In this document: one piece after another, positions 9,790 through 19,893 of the stretch
Layout: each line of letters starts with the position of its first letter
Numbering within the stretch: position 1 is the stretch's first letter
Source of the DNA: Candidatus Thorarchaeota archaeon
GTDB lineage: Archaea; Asgardarchaeota; Thorarchaeia; Thorarchaeales; Thorarchaeaceae
Length of the DNA stretch: 64,000 nt
Reading direction: 5' to 3'
Assembly: GCA_046758445.1 (NCBI GenBank)
Contig: JBHIAE010000001.1
Location: 32,001-96,000 of the forward strand
Translations under genes and position numbers: made by a program
Notes under the pieces: generated by a model
Told to the model about the DNA's origin: nothing
The model's database searches: none
Seen by the model: only the letters and a program-made list of their open reading frames with translations

Positions 9790-10377
9790 CTAGGGTCGGT
9801 GCCAGACAAAGCTATAGTATGCAATCTGACCGTTCTCTTTGATTGTCGCTACTATGAACTTCTTCCGTACACTGGTTGCCAGCCTTCCAGCCCTCACAAT
9901 ATCGAGTGGGACCACACCTTTCCTTTGGGGAATCACGTGCACAAGAAATGGAGCATGATCCTTACCAGGACCATGTTCGTAGACTGCGAAATCGGTACCG
10001 AACTTCAGCCCAGGTCTTACAACGTATCCTCGCTCTCTTAACTGACTATACACCAAGAACCTATCTCTGAAGTCCTCTGACCTGCTTTCACCGAGTGTCA
10101 GAAGGTCATCCTGCGTGAGTGTACGTTTCTCTTGCCCACTGTGTACCTTGAGTCTTCCTGCCTCGCTCAGATAAACGCACTCAATCAGCGAGAGTTCTAA
10201 TGGCTTATCGAAGATAGCAGACTTCGGCTTCCGAATTCCAATTGGCTGACCAAAGTAACCCTCCCCGTATAGACGCATACCATGTTCTGGATTCCAGACT
10301 ATGCCTCGGTCACCAACCAGCTCTGCCTTAGCTATGTCGTCACGGGGACTTGACAATGCCTCCACCGGCCGTTTCAT
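9790..10377 (-). CDS. endA: tRNA-splicing endonuclease, catalytic subunit
   Basis: GLKFGTDFAVY, GPGKDHAP and SVRK give the Tyr-His-Lys triad; N-domain contains GYFGQPIGIRKPK loop. Confidence 0.95.
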   Translation of the reverse strand: MKRPVEALSSPRDDIAKAELVGDRGIVWNPEHGMRLYGEGYFGQPIGIRKPKSAIFDKPLELSLIECVYLSEAGRLKVHSGQEKRTLTQDDLLTLGESRSEDFRDRFLVYSQLRERGYVVRPGLKFGTDFAVYEHGPGKDHAPFLVHVIPQRKGVVPLDIVRAGRLATSVRKKFIVATIKENGQIAYYSFVWHRP

Positions 10378-11036
10378 GTATTGAGGGTCAGAGATAGGCC
10401 TCTGATTGTGTTAGCAGCATCCTCACTGAAGTTCGCGATCTCTTCTATCATGTTGATGAAGTCACGGAAACGTAGAAGCACCGGCAGATCCAATTCCAAA
10501 GAGTAGAGAATCGAAACAATATCTCTTTGGAGGATGTCAATCTCTTTCTCGAGTCTGCAAATCTCGTCGGCCTTCTTAATCGACTCCTCGATGTTTATGT
10601 GGAGAAACCTCACAGCCTCCCTCTGATGTGTTATCTGGTCGATGAATAGCTCGATGAATTTGGCGATCTTGCTCTTCAGGCCTCCATCGGGATTCCAAGA
10701 TTCAGCTACCGCTGCGAGATGATAACAGGCAATCTCTGCACCATCGATTAGTTTGTCATTATAGTTGACTAGACGCAATAGGTCTTCGCGCTGCATGAGT
10801 GTGTTTGCCTTGGAGAGTTCATTCAGAATAGCAAGTTTGAGGTCGTCAGCCTTCTCTTCGAGCTCAGTAATCTTCTTCAGCTGCTCTGGATTCACCGGCT
10901 TGCCTTCTTCAAGCCAGTCAATGATTGACCCCTTCACAATCTTGTTTGCCGAAAGTGCGAATCTGAAGTGTTCCTCAAGCATCTGAGTGATATGCGCCAG
11001 TTCAGAACTCATGTATCTATTGTTATCGAGGACCAT
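10374..11036 (-). CDS. DUF47/PhoU-like phosphate transport regulator
   Basis: LEEKADDLK, REDLLRL and LEKEID repeats; start may be 11012. Confidence 0.85.
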   Translation of the reverse strand: MVLDNNRYMSSELAHITQMLEEHFRFALSANKIVKGSIIDWLEEGKPVNPEQLKKITELEEKADDLKLAILNELSKANTLMQREDLLRLVNYNDKLIDGAEIACYHLAAVAESWNPDGGLKSKIAKFIELFIDQITHQREAVRFLHINIEESIKKADEICRLEKEIDILQRDIVSILYSLELDLPVLLRFRDFINMIEEIANFSEDAANTIRGLSLTLNT

Positions 11037-11124
11037 GCTGCAACATCCTTCTTCGGATGAATGTCGACCTCTGAGCTACCCTTTTAATTCTTTAGTACAA
11101 GCCTGGCCTGAGTGGATTAAACCT

Positions 11125-11922
11125 ATGGAACTCTGGCAGGTCATCGTGGCCGTGATTCAAGGCTTGGTTGAATGGTTGCCAATCAGCAGCGAGGGGCAAG
11201 TTGTCTTGTTCTTGTATAATTTCGGCTCAGTCCCTCCTGAGGATTTGGTGACGCTAGCAGTATGGCTGCACCTTGGAACTGCGATTGCGGTTCTCGCTCG
11301 TTATCCCCGGGTTATTCTTGACGTATTGACTTTGAAGGACAGACGCCTCTTTAGACTCCTATTGATTGCGACCGTCTGCACTGCTGCAACTGCAATCCCA
11401 TTCTATATCTTCCTGAGGAACAGTATTGCCGTCTTCCATGGAGAGATAATGAACATAGTCGTAGGGATTCTACTGCTAGCTACAGCGGTCATCCTCTATC
11501 TGCCGACGCGAAGCTCACTGACTGAGGAGTCCAATAATACTGTCAGAGAAGTTGGCGATCAAGAGGCAGTTACAACCGGACTTGTACAGGGACTCGCTGT
11601 TCTCCCTGGACTAAGCAGATCGGGTGTCACCATTTCAGCCCTGTTGATGCAGAAAGTCGACAAGGAAACTGCTCTGAGATTCAGTTTCTTGATGAGTGTT
11701 CCAGCTGTTATTGGAATCCTCGCACTCGAGGCACTAATCGGAGGTGCTATACCAGCATCTATGAGCATCATAGACCTAGCTGTGGCTGAGGTTATTGTCT
11801 TCATAGTTGGTCTAGGATCAATGGAGTTCCTACTTAGACTGGCAAGGACTACCTCTTTCTGGAAACTGTGCTTGGTCCTGGCTTGTGTAGCGATTGCATT
11901 CGGTATTCCAGCCTTACTCTGA
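11125..11922 (+). CDS. uppP: Undecaprenyl-diphosphate phosphatase (UppP/BacA family)
   Basis: QGLVEWLPISSEG and PGLSRSGVT motifs, FSFLMSVP. Confidence 0.92.
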   Translation: MELWQVIVAVIQGLVEWLPISSEGQVVLFLYNFGSVPPEDLVTLAVWLHLGTAIAVLARYPRVILDVLTLKDRRLFRLLLIATVCTAATAIPFYIFLRNSIAVFHGEIMNIVVGILLLATAVILYLPTRSSLTEESNNTVREVGDQEAVTTGLVQGLAVLPGLSRSGVTISALLMQKVDKETALRFSFLMSVPAVIGILALEALIGGAIPASMSIIDLAVAEVIVFIVGLGSMEFLLRLARTTSFWKLCLVLACVAIAFGIPALL

Positions 11923-12633
11923 ACGTTTCTGAAACATCATGGCAATTGGAGCGTTTGCTTTGCGCCACTCGGCTAGTTTTCCTTTGTAGTCTAGGGGAAC
12001 TGGATGTCTTCCATGGTTACCTATCACTATGAAGAGAGTGCCAACTCTAGCTTGCTTAAGCAGCACCTTGACCCAGTTGTCAGTTCTCCTCACAATCTTA
12101 TCCAAGAGAGTTTCTGGCGGAGTTCTGTGTCCGTACTGAGCATATAGGCTTTCGAAATCCAAGAAGTGAAGAAACATGAGTTCGTTCTTGAAGATGTGTT
12201 TCGTTGACTCTATGTAAGTCTGCATGTCATCACGTTTGTACACGGTGTAACCAGGATCAAATCCGAGAGCGTCCATATCGTCTTCTCTGCAGATTACCTT
12301 CACTGACTTCCCAAAGTCCCGAATGTGACGAATGAGATGGAAGTCAGAGCTTCGACCTTGGAGGAGCGTCTTCAGAAGTGGGATGGCGTATGGGTCGTTA
12401 GTTTCAATGAGAGCTAGCGCCTCCATGTTCTTGATTAGCGCCTCTGGCTTGTACACTACAGCCTCGAACAAACCAAAGTTATCTATGATAATGATGACGA
12501 CACCTGTTGGGCTGAACTTCTCAAGAAGTTCTTGATTGGGTGGAGGCATTCCCTCAGGGACCTCTATACCTAGTAGTCTGATGATTGTTGAGGGGAATTC
12601 AAGTGCGGTTGTTCTCACCTGCGGAAAGGACAT
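11914..12633 (-). CDS. Alkaline-phosphatase-superfamily-like protein (compact, degenerate)
   Basis: IIIDNFG and IVIGNHG resemble the AP-superfamily DG and DHG metal motifs. Confidence 0.5.
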   Translation of the reverse strand: MSFPQVRTTALEFPSTIIRLLGIEVPEGMPPPNQELLEKFSPTGVVIIIIDNFGLFEAVVYKPEALIKNMEALALIETNDPYAIPLLKTLLQGRSSDFHLIRHIRDFGKSVKVICREDDMDALGFDPGYTVYKRDDMQTYIESTKHIFKNELMFLHFLDFESLYAQYGHRTPPETLLDKIVRRTDNWVKVLLKQARVGTLFIVIGNHGRHPVPLDYKGKLAEWRKANAPIAMMFQKRSE

Positions 12634-12794
12634 TCAGTTGGCCTCGTAAACGTCATCCTCAGAAAGGAATTCGTGTCAATAAGAGTTCTCGTCCTACGTG
12701 TGTATTTCCGCTCCACCGTTTGTCCTGCTATCAGGAGCTAGTCTTATGGAAGCATTAATAGAGTCACAAGAGCCAGTGCCGCAGAGGTCCCATA

Positions 12795-13748
12795 ATGACT
12801 GTCAAGGACATCGTGTACAACGACAACATCAAATTCATCCTTTCAGGCGGCAAAGGAGGCGTCGGCAAGACCAGCTGCGCAGGAGCCATGGCAGTACTGT
12901 CAGCTCGACTGGGACTCAGGACTCTTGTGCTGTCAACGGACCCGGCCCACAGTCTCAGCGACAGCTTCGACCAGAATCTCTCAGGGGGAGAGATCGTGCC
13001 CATCAAAGGGTTTGACAACCTGTGGGGCATGGAGATTGACACAGCGAAAGGTATGAAGGAGTTTGAAGACTCCATAGGGTCGGGTGCTGCGGGACCGGAG
13101 ATGGAGATGGCCTCTCAACTTATGGGAGATATCAGTTCGATGTCCCCGCCTGGATCAGACGAAGCTATGGCATTTGGCAAGATGTTGGAGTTTCTGGAGG
13201 ATAGCTCCTATGATCGCGTGATCTTTGATACAGCGCCTACAGGGCACACTCTCAAACTGATGGAACTCCCTGGTCTTCTTGACAGCTGGCTGGGAAGGAT
13301 TCTCACACTCAGACAGAGATTGAGTTCGATGATGGCAGGAATGAGAGCCATGCTCGGAGGAGGAGAACGTGAGGAAAGTTCTTGGGACATGCTGCAGAAC
13401 ACAAAGGAGAAGATTAAGGCCGCACGGCTGGAGCTGTCCGATGCTGAGAAGACACAGTTCGTTATAGTCATGATTCCGGAAGCCATGGCAGTCTTTGAAA
13501 CTCAACGGTTGCTAGGAAGTCTTAATGCGTGGAATATCCCCGTGGATACTGTAGTTGTCAACCAGCTTGTTCCGGAGAGCCCTGATTGTGTGTTCTGCTC
13601 CACACGTCGCGAGATGCAACAAACCAATCTCATAGACATAAGGGAGCTCTATTCTGATTTGGATCTAGTCGAGGTGCCTCTTTTCGATAATGAAATAAGA
13701 GGAATAGAAGGCCTTGAGAAGCTGGGGAAAGTCCTGATAGGAGAGTAG
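12795..13748 (+). CDS. GET3/TRC40-like ATPase (ArsA superfamily)
   Basis: GGKGGVGKT, STDPAHSLSD, DTAPTGHT, Met-rich helical insert, C-terminal CxxC (CVFC). Confidence 0.9.
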   Translation: MTVKDIVYNDNIKFILSGGKGGVGKTSCAGAMAVLSARLGLRTLVLSTDPAHSLSDSFDQNLSGGEIVPIKGFDNLWGMEIDTAKGMKEFEDSIGSGAAGPEMEMASQLMGDISSMSPPGSDEAMAFGKMLEFLEDSSYDRVIFDTAPTGHTLKLMELPGLLDSWLGRILTLRQRLSSMMAGMRAMLGGGEREESSWDMLQNTKEKIKAARLELSDAEKTQFVIVMIPEAMAVFETQRLLGSLNAWNIPVDTVVVNQLVPESPDCVFCSTRREMQQTNLIDIRELYSDLDLVEVPLFDNEIRGIEGLEKLGKVLIGE

Positions 13749-13753
13749 CCATT

Positions 13754-13852
13754 GTGAGATTGGATACCAAGAAGAAACTTGTCACACTATTCTTGATCTT
13801 CCTGTTTTTGGGATCAATGTTTACTGCGATCTACTTGATGTACAGACCCTGA
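13754..13852 (+). CDS. Small single-TM peptide (32 aa), not in ORF track
   Basis: MRLDTKKKLVTLFLIFLFLGSMFTAIYLMYRP, starting 5 nt after the GET3-like stop. Confidence 0.55.
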   Translation: MRLDTKKKLVTLFLIFLFLGSMFTAIYLMYRP

Positions 13853-13875
13853 CCTGACATCAGGGCTGCAGAGAA

Positions 13876-14019
13876 CTAGGTGCCTTTGACTCGCTTCACG
13901 ACCGGCGGGCGAATCTTGTAGAGTATTCGGCCTCCACAATACGGGCATTTCACTCCGGGCAGAGTTCTAAGGCCCTCTGGAGTGACTTCTTTGTGACAAC
14001 TGTGACAAATGTAGACCAT
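13876..14019 (-). CDS. rpoP: RNA polymerase subunit P (Rpo12), not in ORF track
   Basis: MVYICHSC...KCPYCGGRILYKIRPPVVKRVKGT. Confidence 0.95.
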   Translation of the reverse strand: MVYICHSCHKEVTPEGLRTLPGVKCPYCGGRILYKIRPPVVKRVKGT

Positions 14020-14118
14020 TAGATATCGCCTCACAAAGCCCAACCACACAAGCTGGACTGTGTTGCATCAGTCCGGAGAACTGAGCTTATGAAGCTTTTC
14101 TTGTGGTGTGTCTAGAGG

Positions 14119-15717
14119 CTAATCCTGCATGGTATCAGAAACGACATCACCTTCAACGAGACCACTGCTCAGGACTCTTCTGATTACGATGTCACGAACT
14201 GTACCTGCTGAGAAACCGCCTTTGACTGTAATCAGGGGTCCTTCTTCTAGGGGATAGAACATCGTGTAGCCATGTTGCTCCCAGGAGGGCTCTGCAGCGA
14301 TTCCACGGACTCTCTTTGCGACATAGTCCCGCTTTCGGGCCCTATTGATGCTGGCAGCCTCTCTTCGAAGGCGAACGCCAGCTGGATCTCCATATTCTGG
14401 TTCGGGTAAGTCCGAGAAAGCGGAACCGGGTAGTGCTCTGAATCCATAGAGAATGATTCTCTGAGCACCAGCCTTCGCGGCCGAATGCATGAAGTGAATA
14501 GAATCTTGAATCGTTTCGGGCGTTTCTCCAGGCAGACCATAGATCAGGTATACGAATGGGGACATGCCATATGCCACTGCAGTTCTCACAGCAGTGAGGA
14601 CATCTTCAGTGCTTCCGCATTTACCGATTCTCCTCATGTGTTCATCTGAACCGGTTTCAACGCCAATGTTGGGTGATATTCCTCTCATGGACGTTGAGAG
14701 TACCGAGGCAACCTCCTCTGTGAAGAGACAAGCCTTGACGTTCTCCACTGAGATGTGAACGTCACCCTCTTCAACAGTTTCCAGAGCCGCTAGTCTTCTG
14801 ATCAAATCTGAGATGGCGTCGATATTAGCTGGGGGCTCGCATGGATTCGTCAAAGTATTGGTGCCCCGATAGTAGTCCAAGAAATCTGGGGCTTCTAGCA
14901 CTATTCTATGCACTCCCAGGTCCAAGAGCTCCCGCACTTCTCTTTCAATTGATTCCGGGGAACGACTCCTTGGCGGACCCCAAGTGCTAGGTACGCTACA
15001 GAAGCCGCATCCTGCTGGTATGTTCTCTGGACACTCCTGCCGTTCTTCAGGATCATCGGATTCGCAGTTATCGCACTCCGTACACTCCCGACCGTCAGGC
15101 AGAGGTATAGTCGTTCTCTTGAAGTTCGAACAGCCGCGTAGTACCTCGACATAGACTTTGGATGCTTGATAGGTCGCGTAGTCTACGATCCTCGTTGTGG
15201 ATGGAACGAATATCTCAGAAATCTCGCTTGGCGAAAGAGGAGGTCTGAGCGGGTTGATTATAGGTTTCTTACCTTGGAAATAGCCTATGCCCTGGACATT
15301 GGAACAGTCTGTTTCATCTTCGAAGAAACCAAGCTCAAGCAGGTCATTGAGAGTGCCTTCTCCCTCACCTACCACAAGAACGTCAGGTTTCAGTCCACGC
15401 AGGACTTTGGTGGAATCGGAGGCTAATGGTCCGCCAATGACCACTCTCCCAACCGGATTTGTTCTACGCCACTTCTGTACTATAGACTGCGTTACTGGTA
15501 AGTCCATGGTCATGGCGGTGATGGCAAGGTGCTCATAGCTTCGCATCTTCTTGGGTGTTGCAGCAATCTCCTCTGCCCTGGCTATTCGACAAGGCACTTC
15601 ATGTCTTTCTAGGACTCCTCCTACCGTCCGGGGGCCACAACCGATTGAGTCGCGGGAGCTAGTCCGTCGGCCGCTTCCTGCACTCAATGCATCTACAATT
15701 AGAACCCTGCCGACCAT
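14119..15717 (-). CDS. B12-binding radical SAM protein with TRAM-like C-terminus
   Basis: EVLRGC...GCGFC with a Cys-rich insert splitting the CxxxCxxC motif; GEGE B12-domain motif. Confidence 0.85.
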   Translation of the reverse strand: MVGRVLIVDALSAGSGRRTSSRDSIGCGPRTVGGVLERHEVPCRIARAEEIAATPKKMRSYEHLAITAMTMDLPVTQSIVQKWRRTNPVGRVVIGGPLASDSTKVLRGLKPDVLVVGEGEGTLNDLLELGFFEDETDCSNVQGIGYFQGKKPIINPLRPPLSPSEISEIFVPSTTRIVDYATYQASKVYVEVLRGCSNFKRTTIPLPDGRECTECDNCESDDPEERQECPENIPAGCGFCSVPSTWGPPRSRSPESIEREVRELLDLGVHRIVLEAPDFLDYYRGTNTLTNPCEPPANIDAISDLIRRLAALETVEEGDVHISVENVKACLFTEEVASVLSTSMRGISPNIGVETGSDEHMRRIGKCGSTEDVLTAVRTAVAYGMSPFVYLIYGLPGETPETIQDSIHFMHSAAKAGAQRIILYGFRALPGSAFSDLPEPEYGDPAGVRLRREAASINRARKRDYVAKRVRGIAAEPSWEQHGYTMFYPLEEGPLITVKGGFSAGTVRDIVIRRVLSSGLVEGDVVSDTMQD

Positions 15718-15816
15718 CTTGGACTACCTTGTGTCGTCAGGAGTTCTTTACTCTTGCTTAATGGCTCACATTAGTCAAAGGGCTGTGACTCCTCTTCAGA
15801 GAACTTATATGCACGG

Positions 15817-16200
15817 TTGAGCCAACACTCAAAAACGAAGACCGAAGGAGCTGAACCTAACATTCAGGAAGATGTAGTTTGTTCTCGATGCGGCCTCCCA
15901 ACTGACTTGTGCGTCTGTGAAACTATCGCACAGGAAGAGGCAAGGATTACCGTGACTGTTGAACGTAGAAAATGGGGCCGTCTTACGACTGTTGTAGAAG
16001 GCTTCGACAAGACCATCGACCTTGGTGATTTGGCCACTAAGCTCAAAGGTAAGCTTGCCTGTGGGGGAGCTGCAAAGCACGGCCATATTGAACTCCAAGG
16101 CGACCATCGCGGCGTTATCAGCGACGTATTGGCCAAGCTGGGTTTCCCAGAAGAAATGGTACAGATAGATTGGACCTTTCAGGGCGGCAGACGTAGGTAG
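15817..16200 (+). CDS. Translation initiation factor aIF1/SUI1
   Basis: CGLP.DLCVC and LKGKLACGG..K.G.IELQGDHR. Confidence 0.95.
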   Translation: MSQHSKTKTEGAEPNIQEDVVCSRCGLPTDLCVCETIAQEEARITVTVERRKWGRLTTVVEGFDKTIDLGDLATKLKGKLACGGAAKHGHIELQGDHRGVISDVLAKLGFPEEMVQIDWTFQGGRRR

Positions 16201-16269
16201 TGGTTCACCTCATCCTTGGTTGCTAGATGCTAGCTGGCGATTTCCTAGAGTGAGGACTATGATTTCTTT

Positions 16270-17241
16270 CTATGCAAGAGTCATTGTGTCTATGCCAAGT
16301 TTGCGAACAATCTCCTTGTACCTATTCCGGACTGTCACCTCAGTGACGCGCGCCACTTCTGCGATTTCACGCTGCGTTCTTCTCTCATCAAGCATGATTG
16401 ATGCAACATAAATAGCTGCGGCAGCCAGACCTAGGGGATCTCGTCCAATCGTTAGTCCTATGTCCCGGCTTCTCTGAAGTATCTCGACAGTTCTCAGTTG
16501 AACGGGACTGGATAGTGATAGCTGAGAGGCGAATCGTGAGATGTAGTCAATTGGATTGCTCAAAGGAATCTTGATGGCCAGGGACCGGAGAAGAAGTCTA
16601 TAGCACTGTCCAAGTTTCTTCTTGTCAACTCGAGAGGCGTCAGCCACTTCGTCAAGGGGCCTGGGTTTCTTCCTTATTCTGCAGGCGGCATACAACGTCG
16701 CAGCAACCATCGCCTCGATTGACCTTCCTCGAACCAGCTTCTTTAGGATGGACTTCCTGTACAGGAGTGCGGAAAGCTCTCTAATTGGCTTGGGAATCCC
16801 TAGTTGAGAGGCTAGCCTCTCAAGCTCAGACATAGCTTGGGCCAAGTTTCGATCCATTGAACTATGAACCCGAGACCTGATTTGCCACTTTCGCAGTCTG
16901 TATATCTCTGATCTTCGCGTAGGACTCAGCTTCCTCCCAGCAGTGTCTCTGTCACGCCAGTCTATGACTGTGGAGAGACCCTTGTCGTGGACCGTGTATC
17001 TGAGGGGTGCACCAACGCGGCTTCGGGCGTCAGCTTCTTCAGAACTGAACGCTCTCCACTCTGCTCCAGAATCGATTCGGTGATCAGAAAGGACCAGACC
17101 ACAACCACCACAAACACGTTCACCACGTGTTAGATCCTCGACCACAGCGTTAGAGCCACACTCAGGACACATCTGAGTCTCGCGCCCTACGCCGCTGGTG
17201 TGGCTACCCCTCTCTGAAGCATCACCACGCATACGATCCAA
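16270..17241 (-). CDS. tfb: Transcription initiation factor IIB (TFB), copy 2
   Basis: CPECG Zn ribbon, GAEWRAF, two cyclin repeats, TEVTVRNRYKE. Confidence 0.97.
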   Translation of the reverse strand: MDRMRGDASERGSHTSGVGRETQMCPECGSNAVVEDLTRGERVCGGCGLVLSDHRIDSGAEWRAFSSEEADARSRVGAPLRYTVHDKGLSTVIDWRDRDTAGRKLSPTRRSEIYRLRKWQIRSRVHSSMDRNLAQAMSELERLASQLGIPKPIRELSALLYRKSILKKLVRGRSIEAMVAATLYAACRIRKKPRPLDEVADASRVDKKKLGQCYRLLLRSLAIKIPLSNPIDYISRFASQLSLSSPVQLRTVEILQRSRDIGLTIGRDPLGLAAAAIYVASIMLDERRTQREIAEVARVTEVTVRNRYKEIVRKLGIDTMTLA

Positions 17242-17451
17242 AGCTGCTCCTCCGTGACGGTTCGAACCGGTAAGAGTATGCCAGAAGTCAACGGTCTAGT
17301 CAGTGCTTTAGAAGACAGTTTCCCGGTACTACATACACCAAAAGCAAAATCACGCTTTTAATTGTTCTGAAAAGATTCAATCTTTGCGGTTGACGATAGC
17401 GGACCTCTCGATAGACAGCGCGGTGCTTGTTTCTGCGTCGTGCAGCGAGTC

Positions 17452-18420
17452 TTACGTCGTCTGCTCGGTTCCATCGGCCGTGATGATGACTGTGTGCTCA
17501 GCCTGAGATACAAACTCACCCTCTTCCTCAGCAAGAATGTAGTGGGCAATGAGTGCTCCGTTCTTCTGAAGCTCTCTTATAGCTAGCTCCAGGTCCGCCT
17601 TTCTTAGCTGCTCTGCCATCCACCTCTTGGCAAATGGGAACTCCTTGAAGTCCCTTCGAGCAATGCTCAAGAATCGCTTTGTGCCCTTGAACCTTACTGG
17701 AACTCTCACAGGGAGCATCTGGAAGATGAGAGGATCAGGAAGGTCAGACACATTCCCTGATCCCGTGCTCGCGAAGGTTTCTACGGCATACACCTCACCT
17801 TCCTCAACCAGAACCTCGGACTTCCCTGAAACACAGGGCACCTGCTTCTCCCCATGCAGCTCGTACTCATTCAACTGATGGCCAGACAGCTGCTTGATGG
17901 GTTCGAATCCAGCACTCTTGATGGTGTCCTCAATCAGAGCTCCAATGGTGTTTAGCTTGGCGCCGGGTCTCAGCATCCTAATAGCAACCTTCGTGGCATC
18001 TTCAGATGCCTTTACGAGGCTCTCATACTCCGGGTCTAGTGCAACTGTGAATGCACCGTCTGATATACAACCGTCGACATGAGCTCCACAATCAACGGTG
18101 ACCAGATCGCCCTCCTGAATGACCGTTTCGTCAGCCAGAGGAGACGTGTAGTGTGCAGCAACGTGGTTGATAGCAACGTTACAGGGGAACGAGATTCCCG
18201 TGGCGTTCTCTCTGATGTGGTTCTCAACAGCGTCGACAATGTCTATCACTTTGGCGTCCGGTTTGACCATCGGTCGGGCAATTTCGAGTGCCTCTCTCGC
18301 CACGACTCCTGCCCGCCTCCATTTCTCCCACTCGTCTTCTGACTCTTCGGATTCCCTAGTCTTGGCTTCCTTGTCTTCGGACACTGTCTTCACCCTTCTG
18401 GTCTTCTCTGGTGTTCGCAT
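17452..18420 (-). CDS. map: Methionine aminopeptidase type II
   Basis: FPCN..AAHYT, DCGAHVDGCISD, GHQL, AVETF and QAEHT motifs. Confidence 0.95.
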   Translation of the reverse strand: MRTPEKTRRVKTVSEDKEAKTRESEESEDEWEKWRRAGVVAREALEIARPMVKPDAKVIDIVDAVENHIRENATGISFPCNVAINHVAAHYTSPLADETVIQEGDLVTVDCGAHVDGCISDGAFTVALDPEYESLVKASEDATKVAIRMLRPGAKLNTIGALIEDTIKSAGFEPIKQLSGHQLNEYELHGEKQVPCVSGKSEVLVEEGEVYAVETFASTGSGNVSDLPDPLIFQMLPVRVPVRFKGTKRFLSIARRDFKEFPFAKRWMAEQLRKADLELAIRELQKNGALIAHYILAEEEGEFVSQAEHTVIITADGTEQTT

Positions 18421-18456
18421 TTATGACAGATAAAAGAGTGACGGAATGAAGACCGT

Positions 18457-18849
18457 CTACAGGATGCTCGCTATCCGCTTTGCGACCCTTGTCATCATGA
18501 AGAACATGTAACCGATATTGGCACCCTTGGTTGTCAGCACAGATAGAATCGATTCCTCACCTGCATCGCAGATGATAACATAGCCAGAATCGCCTTCAAT
18601 GAGCATTCTCACAAATGGTCCCCGCTTCAGCTGCTTGAAGACTTTCCGGGTTTCTGACTCTATCTGAGTACACCTGCCTGCTATGACATCTTCCTCCGGC
18701 ACAACTGTAGAGTCAAAGCCTTCAGGAAAATGGGTGCAGATAGGAAGTCCTTGTGACCTCGAGATAATCACACTTGCTTGGACATTGCCCTGGGAGGCTC
18801 GACTCAGGTCTTCGAGGAGTTCAGTGAGCATTTCTGTCTTCGAGGACAC
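18457..18849 (-). CDS. Roadblock/LC7 domain protein
   Basis: ASVIIS..QGLPI, L.RG....MLIEG..GYVII..AG, NIG; GTG start with GGAGG SD. Confidence 0.88.
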   Translation of the reverse strand: MSSKTEMLTELLEDLSRASQGNVQASVIISRSQGLPICTHFPEGFDSTVVPEEDVIAGRCTQIESETRKVFKQLKRGPFVRMLIEGDSGYVIICDAGEESILSVLTTKGANIGYMFFMMTRVAKRIASIL

Positions 18850-18922
18850 GGTTCGTATTCCTCCGCTTCGAGGCCTTTCGGTGAAAGAACCTTTCCAAGT
18901 ATTTAAGGATTCACTGAGTTGA

Positions 18923-19696
18923 CTAGAGTTTCTTGGCCCCTGCATCCTTCAGGGCCTTCACTATTCTCTCGAGACCCTCGCCCTTGTCCTTCTGAACATG
19001 CTTCTCAAGGTATGTACCCTGTACCACGATTGAGGCACCTGCTTCCACTCCACGAACCACCGACTCCGCATCATTGAAACCTCCTCCAACAATGATCGGT
19101 GTGTCGCAGTATTGAGTGACGGCAGAGATCATTTCAGGAGGAACTCCTCCGCCCTCTGCGCCACTTCCAGCCTCAAGATATACTAGCTTGTAACCGAGTA
19201 GCTCTGCAGCCAGTGCATACATCATGACAAGTTTGGGCTTGTCACGAGGAAAGCATTTGGCCTCTCCGACCCATGCTGCTGTCTTGCCTGGTTCAATCAG
19301 GAGGTAGGCCATAGGAATTGTTTCGATACCGGAGAGTTTCACTCTAACTGCAGCAAGGGCTTGAGCGCCGACTATGTAGTATGGATTGGAGCTGTTGAGA
19401 AGGCTCATGAAGAACATAGCATCAGCATGCTCAGTCACTCCGGTGATGTTGCCTGGGAAGAGAATTGTAGGAATGTCTACAGCCTCACCTATGGTCTTCG
19501 CCGCATCATCGATACCCCCGAATATCGTACTCCCGCCGATCATGATAGCGTCTGTTCCCGCGTTCTCTGCTAGTCGCGCAATCTCAGCGACTTTTTCGTT
19601 CTTCACCGTGAGTGGATCAGGGTCGAGCAGCGAGAAGTGGCAAGCGCCCTCCTCTTCTAGCTTCTCAGTGATGTAGTTCCACACTTTACCAGGCAT
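18923..19696 (-). CDS. Geranylgeranylglyceryl phosphate synthase (group II)
   Basis: LLDPD, IMIGGS, LFPG, YLEAGSGA and IVGGG motifs. Confidence 0.95.
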   Translation of the reverse strand: MPGKVWNYITEKLEEEGACHFSLLDPDPLTVKNEKVAEIARLAENAGTDAIMIGGSTIFGGIDDAAKTIGEAVDIPTILFPGNITGVTEHADAMFFMSLLNSSNPYYIVGAQALAAVRVKLSGIETIPMAYLLIEPGKTAAWVGEAKCFPRDKPKLVMMYALAAELLGYKLVYLEAGSGAEGGGVPPEMISAVTQYCDTPIIVGGGFNDAESVVRGVEAGASIVVQGTYLEKHVQKDKGEGLERIVKALKDAGAKKL

Positions 19697-19893
19697 GATG
19701 GATTGCCTCCGTGAGTAGGACCTCGGCGTTGGGACATGCTTTTTACGGTTTTGGTGGCTAAACGATATTGAATGTCCCACTAGCATTCATAGTTGGCGTT
19801 CCTTAATGCTTATTACCCATTCTGTTCGAACTCCTCGAAATCCTCGACTGATGTCGTGAGGGTTGAAGACCTCTGTATCGGGAATGAAGCCGG

